From Camelus dromedarius (taxonomy: Eukaryota), in assembly GCF_036321535.1 (NCBI RefSeq), contig NC_087438.1, positions 4,900,001 to 4,960,000 of the forward strand: a stretch of 60,000 bases of DNA. Direction: 5' to 3'. Below the pieces are notes generated by a model. It did not search any database and was not told the DNA's origin. It was given only the letters and a program-made list of their open reading frames with translations. A program made the position numbers and the translations under genes. Shown here piece after piece: positions 52,912 through 60,000 of the stretch (the first letter of the stretch is position 1; the number at the start of each line of letters is the position of its first letter).

Positions 52912-53045
52912 TGCTGTGGTCTGAATGTCTGTGTACTCCCGAAACTCGAAACTTGTATGTGGTAAGTGTAATGGCCCAGGTGATGGTACTGGGAGGGGGC
53001 CCTTTGGGAGGTGATTGGGCCATGAATGGGATGAGTGCCCTGTGT
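52912..53045 (+). mobile_element. MLT1A-like LTR 5' fragment
   Basis: 'tgctgtggtctgaatgtctgtgt...gtgatggtactgggagggggccctttgggaggtgattgggccatga'. Confidence 0.75.
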
Positions 53046-53227
53046 CTGAGATGGAGGCTGGAGAAGAAGCCATGGGCGAGGAATTACAAAGGGGCGTGAA
53101 GGAGGCCTGGGGCAACTGCTACGTTCATTGTATGGATGGCAGTGATGCCTCAATGGGTTTTATTGAAAAGATACCCTTTAAATACTCAGTTTATTTGTAT
53201 GTCAATTTTGCCTCAATAAAGTTGTTC

Positions 53228-54665
53228 TTCAAAATCCTGTATCTTCATTGATTTTTGCTCAGTTATGTTATACACACATGCATAAATCTTTGTGAAGGTA
53301 GGATGCGAAACTCTTCAACTATGACCGTTGACTTTTGTGTCCTTTCATTCTTCTACCATTTGCTTCTGTGCTTTGAAGCGATGTATTAAGCAGATGCATA
53401 TTTAGGATTATTCTGTCTTCCAGTTGAATTGGCTGTTCTCTCACTATGAAATGTTCCTCATTTATACTACTTGTCTTAAAGCCTGCCTGATACTAACAGA
53501 GCCTCGGTGGCTGGGCAGCCATCTAATGGTGTATGCTTTTCATGTCTTTAACTTTCAGCCTATGTTCTTACACACAAACTGTATCTCCTGTGAACATCAC
53601 ATAGTTTGATCTGCATTTTTTGTTCAGTCTAAAGTATGCCTTATACCTGGACTGTTTAGTCATTCACATTAAACTTAATTCCTAATACGGTTAAATTTCT
53701 CTTTGTTTTCTAAGTGTCTCATGGCTTCTCTGTTCTGATTTTTTTCCCTTCCAGTTAATAAAATACCTGTACAATTTTATTTGAGCTCTTTTTTTTTTTT
53801 TGCATTGTTATTGTAGTGGATAATTTAGAGGTGACAGCATCTGCCCTTAACGCCTCACATCTTTCTCGAGTCAGTACTTTACCTCTGAAGGACAACATGA
53901 AAACCTTACAGCCGTGCAAGTCAACTCTCCTACATTTACTGCAAGGGGTGTCGTGTATTCTATTTTTATGTTTACTTTAAATCTCAAATATATGCTGTTA
54001 TTAGTGTACCTGTAATAAGTCTCTTTTCCTTTTGTGGAGACACAACTGTCTGTTTTCCCGTGTTCTTCATTCCTTTCTGAGATCCTGTGTTTCTGTACCA
54101 CGTGTTTCTTTCAGCTGGTAGGGAGGAGTCTCCTTATGATTTCTTAGAGTGCTGGCCTGCTGGTGACAATGGCTCGCAGCTTCGATTTATCTGATAATGT
54201 CTTGATAATAGCTTTTTCTAAGGAGGTACTGGGGATTGAACCCAGGACCTTGTGCATGCTAAGCACGGGCCCTACCACTGAGCTAGCCCTGCCGCATGGT
54301 AATGTCTTTATTTTGCCCTCATGTCTAAGGATATTTTATTAAGGTACAGAAGTGTGGATGCTGTTTCTTAAACTTTAGAGATGATTCCTGTTGGAAATAC
54401 ATCTACCATTCTGATTCTTGCTTCTCTGAGAATGATACAGCTTTTTCTCTGGCTCCTTTTAAGGGTTCCCTTTCAGTTTTGCTTTTAATCTGTGTGTCTA
54501 TGCTGTACCTTGGTGAGGCTGGCTTTGTATTCATCTTCCCTGGGTTTTTCTGAAGTCTTTGAATATATGGATTAATGTCTTTCAACAGTTTTGCATAATT
54601 CCCATCTTTCTTTAAATATTGTTTCTGCTCCATTCTTCTTATCCTCTCTTTCTGGGATTCCAATG
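53228..54665 (-). mobile_element. Old L1 5' part (ORF1 and endonuclease region), decayed
   Basis: 54403..54663 frame 'YAKLLKDINPYIQRLQKNPGKMNTKPASPRY' is ORF1-like; antisense endonuclease motifs at 53230-53450. Confidence 0.75.
54212..54293 (-). mobile_element. tRNA-derived camelid SINE (Vic-1 type)
   Basis: 'gaggtactggggattgaacccaggaccttgtgcatgctaagcacgggccctaccactgagctag' contains antisense Pol III A/B boxes; candidate TSD taatgtctt at 54195 and 54300. Confidence 0.85.
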
Positions 54666-54679
54666 AATTAAATGTCTTT

Positions 54680-55324
54680 TTTTTTTAATTGAAGTGCAGT
54701 CAATTACAATATGTCAATCTCTGGTGTACAGCACAGTGTTCCAGTCTTGCATACATACATATATTCATTTTCATATTTTTTCCACTAAAGGTTATTACAA
54801 GATATTGAGCATAGTCCCCTGTGCTATACAAAAGAAACTTTTGTAAATTTGTTTTTATATATAGGAGCTAACATCTGTAAATATCAAACTCCCAAATTTA
54901 TCCCCTCCCACTCCCTTTCCCTGGTAACCATAAGATTGTTTACTAAGTCTGAGTGTCTGTTTCTGTTTTGTAGATAAGTTCATAGTGTCCTTTTTTTTTT
55001 ATGATTCCACATATGAGTGATATCATATGGTGTTCTTCTTCTTTCTCCTTCTGGCTTACTTCACTTAGAATGACATTCTCCAGGGCCATCCATGTTGCTG
55101 CAAATGGCCTTATTTTATTCTTTCTTACGGCAGAGTAGTATTCCATTGTGTAAATATACCACAACTTCTTTATCTGGTCATCCGTTGATGGACATTGAGG
55201 TTGCTTCCATGTCTTGGCTACTGTATATAGTGCTGCTGTGAACATTGGGGTGCATGTGTCTTTTCACATTAGAGTTCCCTCTGGATATACACGTGGAAGT
55301 GGGATTGCTGGATCATATGGTAAG
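54680..55324 (-). mobile_element. Young 5'-truncated L1 with poly(T) tail and 11-bp TSD
   Basis: TSD taaatgtcttt at 54669-54679 and 55325-55335; ORF 54943..55245 is the L1 ORF2 C-terminus. Confidence 0.95.
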
Positions 55325-55541
55325 TAAATGTCTTTAACGTATATTTTTGTGGTGTTCATAATATACATGTTTTCATTTAGTCATGGCGGGAGATGTGGTC
55401 ACCACAATATTCTAGCCCCTGACCAAAAGTGCACATCCTTTTCATACAAAGCCTAGTCAGCTCTTATCTTGTTTACTTCCCTAATACCCCAGCTGAGCCT
55501 ACCAGTTTGGATAATCCCTTTCAAATGCTAACCCTTAGGGG

Positions 55542-55662
55542 TTTGTTTGTTTTTGTTTTTTTTTAGGGGGGGTGGGTAATTTGGTTTATTTAATTATTTT
55601 TTAAATGGAGGTACTGGGGATTGCTAAGCATGCGCTCCACCCCTGAGCTATTACCTCCCCTC
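55542..55662 (-). mobile_element. Camelid SINE with internal deletion
   Basis: 'ggggggtgggtaatttggtttatttaattattttttaaatggaggtactggggatt|gctaagcatgcgctccacccctgagcta'; it lacks the 'gaacccaggaccttgtgcat' seen in the 54212 copy. Confidence 0.75.
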
Positions 55663-57869
55663 TAAGGTTTTTTTATTAGTACTTTGAGAAGATTGCTAAG
55701 ATCAGCAGAATGATGCCGAGTGCCTCTCTGTCTGTTCTAGAATGTACTGAAAGCAACCAGGAGTAAACTTCTTTGAACATATTACTAAGTTTGCACTGTT
55801 CAAATAATTCTAAAATGGACTTCAGAATTCTGAGGAGGAAGCAAAATATTGTCAATTACCCATTTCACGGTCAGTCAGGTTGGCATGTTCGTAATATATC
55901 ATAATAGCACAGAGTCATTAAAAAATACGGTATCTTTTTGATGCAACTCAGATGCTATAAAATGAGAACTGTCTGAAAATATTTGAAACAAGCTCCAGGT
56001 GTATTGTTTTGGAGATATTATTGTGTCTATATTTTCCATTACTAAGCAAATAGTCCATTGTATCATTGATATTGAACTTCCTTAGAAAATGTTCTTGTGT
56101 AAGCAGAACATCTAAGCAACACTATCAAAGCAGAAAAATACTATATATTGCAAAGTCTCATTTTCAGGAAAAACTCCTGTTAAAACTTGTCCATTTTTCT
56201 TTGTATTTTAATGTGTTTTTCCCTGTAATTATCTGTTGCTTTTATAGGCAGGAAAAAATAGCAAGAGTTTTTCCCTCATCAGTTTAGTAACTGCGTTTTT
56301 TTTTTCCCCTAATTACATACAAAGATGAGAGTCCCATGATATGAAAGCTAAGAGTTCAAAAGTTCTCTTTCCTTTAAATTATTACTTTTGAATGACTGTG
56401 ATTAGGCTGATGTGTGTCTTTACCACAATGAAAATCCTTTGAACTGTGTGCAGGTCGGGTGTTATTTGTAGGAATATAATGGTGTTTTCAGTCATATGAT
56501 TTCAGAAGTAAGTAGATACTGAATACAAAATGCAAGAATTTCCATAAATGTGATCATTTTAAAGAATGACATTTATGGTGTGCTGTTTTTTTCTCACGGC
56601 CAATGTAGTGTGCTTCTAATGCAAGAAAGTTCAAAAATGGGAAAGGCACAAAGGAAATACAGATGACAAAAACCATCTACAACGCCACCACCCGAAGGTA
56701 CTCTCCGTCGATGCTGCGGTATGTATCTTTGCAGGCTGTACGAACACAGACATGCACGTATTTTCGACGTCTTGCTCTGCATCTCACTTTATAGTTGCTT
56801 TATTCTCCCTTCGCAGTTTATCAGGAGCATTTTCCCACGGCAACAAGTCTTTTTGTATTTGTAATGAGTGTTTTGAAACTCATCATATTCACATAGCACA
56901 TTTGTTTAACCGATTTCTTATCTTGGAACATTACATTTTGGCTATGATAGAATCAAACGTTCCTTTATTTAAGTACCCAAACTAAAATTGTTGATTAGAC
57001 AAAGTTAAGAGCATATTTTTAATAATTACGCATAAAACTAATAGTCTCCTTTGTGACGATGATCAACAGCACCCATAACAAAGCCAAAAAAAAAAAAAAA
57101 AAAGGTTGATTTAAAAACCTAAGCCAGTGGATCTCCCCCGGGGACGATCTTGGTTTCCAGAGGACAGCTGGCACTGATGGAGGCAGCTCTGACCGTTGTG
57201 CCTGGAGGGACGCTGCTTCATCTAGGGAGTCAAGGACGGGATCGCTGCTCAGCCTCAACCCTGCGCAGGACAGACTCTCACAACCGGGAACGACTGTCTC
57301 CAGGACGTCAGTAGGTCATGAAATTACACCTCGTCCACATCTAGAGAGAGTTTTCATGTCCCTGCGATGGCATGAAATAGGACCCGTGCTGCTCTCAGGC
57401 AGTCACAACTGCCAGAAATGCCCCACCAGTTTACTCAACCCTGATCCACACCAGCAGGAGAGGAGTGGTTAATAGCGATGGGGAGCAGGGGTGCAGTTCT
57501 GCAAAGAAAGAGAAGCCCATAGAGGCAACTTGTCATTTGGGGCTGATGGAGAATCACTTCTCGAAAGCTCTTCGCTGAGTAGATGCTGTGAGAGTCGTGT
57601 CCCCACACAGCACAACACTGGAAGGGAAGATGAGATGGGAAACCAAACTTAAAATTCTTTCAATTCAACGTGATTTAGACTTAACAAGATTTCATTGCTG
57701 TGGCTGTTGAATTTAAGTATTTACAATCCCCATCACATACCACCATCACCATATGTGCTTAAAATCAGCTGGTTCTGGGACGTGGAGGTGTTCTAACCAA
57801 GAGTTTTAAAGATTGAAATTTCATGCAAATGTTACTGCTTTTTTTCCCCCTGGTTTTCTGTCTAGGCCA

Positions 57870-58470
57870 CGCTTCTCCTTTTATTCTCAACATCCAAATC
57901 GTTTCCTCCATCTGCATGGATTGTGTGTCCCATAATCACACAAACCCAGTTCAAACCATTCCCCCTTGTCTTCTCAAGCAGTTAATAACTTACTATCATT
58001 GCTTCCCTTCCAATTTAATTCTCCACACAAAAACTAGAATGATCATTTTCAAATGCAAATAAGAAGATGTTATGTCTCTGCCTGAAACACCCAGACATTC
58101 CATCCGTTGCTCCCATGGAATAGCAACCAAGAATCAGCGTGGCCTGCGCGTCCCCGGCGATCTGCTCTCTGCGTGTGTCTGCAGTACCGTATCCTGCTGC
58201 TTTCCCTCTGGGCTTCTGCCACCAGGTCCTTGCTCTGCTCCTCACAAAAAGTGTCCCTCCTCCCTGCCACCAGACATTCACACACATTATTGGTTCCCAT
58301 ACACTTGGCTTGCTGCTCATTAAATTCCTATATTTCATTCTTCAGATAAACCATCCCTGACATGCTGTCCCATCGGGTTATGGCTCTTTGTTATACGCGC
58401 TTCTACGACAGACTTCATTTCTGCACGTCAGATGTCTATTTTGTAATATGCACTTATTAGAATGATGAGA
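57870..58470 (+). mobile_element. L2 fragments
   Basis: 'ctccacacaaaaactagaatgatcattttcaaatgcaaataagaagatgttatgtctctgcctgaaacaccc'. Confidence 0.6.
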
Positions 58471-58814
58471 AGCATTTATATAATTTATAAAGCAAACAAC
58501 TCTGACTGGTAACAGTTGACCATAAAGTTTCTAGAGAAAATTATCTCTTGATGCTGCAGAATCCTGGGGTGTCTACCAAGAATTTATCTGCCTTCTAAGT
58601 ATGCCAGAATGTTTAATTTTGAAACTTAAAAAAAAAACTTTTAACAAAAGAGTAACTACGTAGCTAGGGGGCGTCTCAGGGAACTGTGACACAGCAGCAC
58701 CCTTTGATTGTTAGTCTTTATTCCTGTTTAGAGAATCAGAAAATAATCTATCTGGAATTCATTAAAATAACATCCTAGTTAAACATTTAACGAGTTATAG
58801 TTTAGTATTACCCC

Positions 58815-58928
58815 TGTGGCATTTTGAGTTTAACATCAAAGGGTTTTTGAGCTAACTGTCTCAGTCTGCCACGAAGAAACAACATACAGCCAAAATATAA
58901 AGGCCTTCTTTAGCTCATGTATTTAAAA
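58815..58928 (-). mobile_element. MER77-like LTR fragment
   Basis: 'gggtttttgagctaactgtctcagtctgccacgaagaaac...ctttagctcatgtatt' is paralogous to 51413-51500. Confidence 0.65.
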
Positions 58929-59199
58929 GCCAGCTCTATAAATATGTCCTTTCTTTTTTCCCCTCTGCTTCTTTAAAAGAGAGAAAATTATAGAGTAGTA
59001 ATTATAATACTGTACAGTCAGGTTTATAATACCCTAAGAAGTAATGTATATAATAGTAATAGCACATGAAATGAGGAGAGAGCATTTATGTCTATACATG
59101 TCTTCCTGGAATTTAGTTTGTATAAATCTGAAGTAGATTCTGATAAGTAAACCATTGAATAATCACTAAGATAACTCAAATAATATGGTAAAAAATAAT

Positions 59200-60000
59200 C
59201 ATTAAAGGAATCAAATATTGCTCTAAAAACGTTCACTTAATTCAAAAGAAAGCAGTAAATGAGGAACAGAGGAACAGAAAAGCACTTGACATACAGAAAA
59301 CAAAAAGTAAAGTGGCAAACACAATTTGAACAATATCAACAATAACATAAAATGTGAATGAATGAAAAAATCAAAGCAAAAGGCAGAGATTGTAATATCA
59401 TATGGGGTTTAAAAATAAGGTCCAAGAGTATACTGTCTACAGGAGACACACTTTAATTCAAAAATACAAGTAGGTTGAAAGCAAAAGGATAGAAAAAAGA
59501 TGTACCAGATAAACAGCAACCATAAGAACGCTGAAGTATCAAAGAAAATAAATATTAAACAAATCAAGAAAAATGTTACTAGAGATAAAAGACTTTTTAT
59601 AATGATAAAAGCATCGAGTCCATCAAGAAACTCTAACTATGGTAAACATATGTGCACATAACTGCAAAGCTGCTGGAACACATGGAGCAAAAACTGACAA
59701 AATTGAGGGGAGAAACAGACAATTCAACAATAATAGCTGGAAACTTTAACATCTCACTCTCAGTGATGGATAGAAAAAAACAGGCCGAAGATCACAAGGA
59801 AATAGAAGAACACTAAAAACCAAATGGATACAACCAACATGTATATATAGCATTCCACCTATGAGCTGCAAAATAAACAATGTTTTTAGGTCATATGGAA
59901 GATTTTCCAGGATAGACCATTTGAAAGCCATAAAACAAGTGAAATAAATGTATAAGATCAAAGTCACACAAAATGTAATAATCCAACCACAATGAAATGA
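59200..60000 (+). mobile_element. Old L1 inter-ORF region and ORF2 endonuclease domain, decayed
   Basis: 'atcaacaataacataaaatgtgaatg...aaaaggcagagattg...tactgtctacaggagacacac...acaataatagctggaaactttaacatctcactctcag'. Confidence 0.85.

Larger units (their letters stand above)
49439..53227 (+). mobile_element. Old L1 (L1MD-like) ORF2 to 3' end, interrupted by three LTRs
   Basis: ORF 51527 'PKLFYKFITVPIKIPTAY'; 'gatcaatggaacagaatagag'; 'aaacttctagaagaaaacataggag'; terminal 'gtcaattttgcctcaataaagttg'. Confidence 0.85.

Noticed and set aside
54212..54293. tRNA-like A/B boxes
   Set aside because: SINE head with tail and TSD, not a tRNA gene
57161..57375. Stop-free frame after 'ttggtttccag'
   Set aside because: Low-information Ser/Arg/Gly peptide with no recognisable homology and no supporting upstream exons
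1..60000. CRISPR arrays, operons, NUMTs, non-retroviral viral inserts, processed pseudogenes
   Set aside because: Mammalian repeat-rich DNA; I saw no repeat-spacer array or recognisable mitochondrial, viral or mRNA-derived sequence, although highly decayed copies could be missed by eye

Overview
This is mammalian genomic DNA, most likely camelid (Camelus/Vicugna/Lama). The call rests on tRNA-derived SINEs of the Vic-1 type ('ggtactggggattgaacccaggacc...ctaagca...ctaccactgagcta') and young L1 3' ends ('gcatgactgggacattgtgctgtacaccagaaattgacac'); I saw no Bov-tA/BovB, PRE-1, SINEC or Alu. I could not support any protein-coding exon or RNA gene, so the window reads as intergenic or deep-intronic. 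It is densely filled with L1 (old L1M-type and young lineage-specific copies), L2, MIR, MaLR/ERV LTRs and DNA-transposon MITEs, with a few CpG-enriched, promoter/enhancer-like unique patches. The listed ORFs are chance frames or decayed L1 ORF1/ORF2. I found no new gene system. The best signals are genome-rearrangement footprints: (1) a 45-bp unique segment copied 10 kb downstream into an old L1; (2) an apparent 3.8-kb inversion inside an old L1, bounded by short inverted repeats; (3) a twin-primed L1 inserted at the homologous position of another L1; (4) an ERV solo LTR carrying apparently foreign DNA. Repeat family names come from recalled consensus sequences, and boundaries of old elements are approximate.
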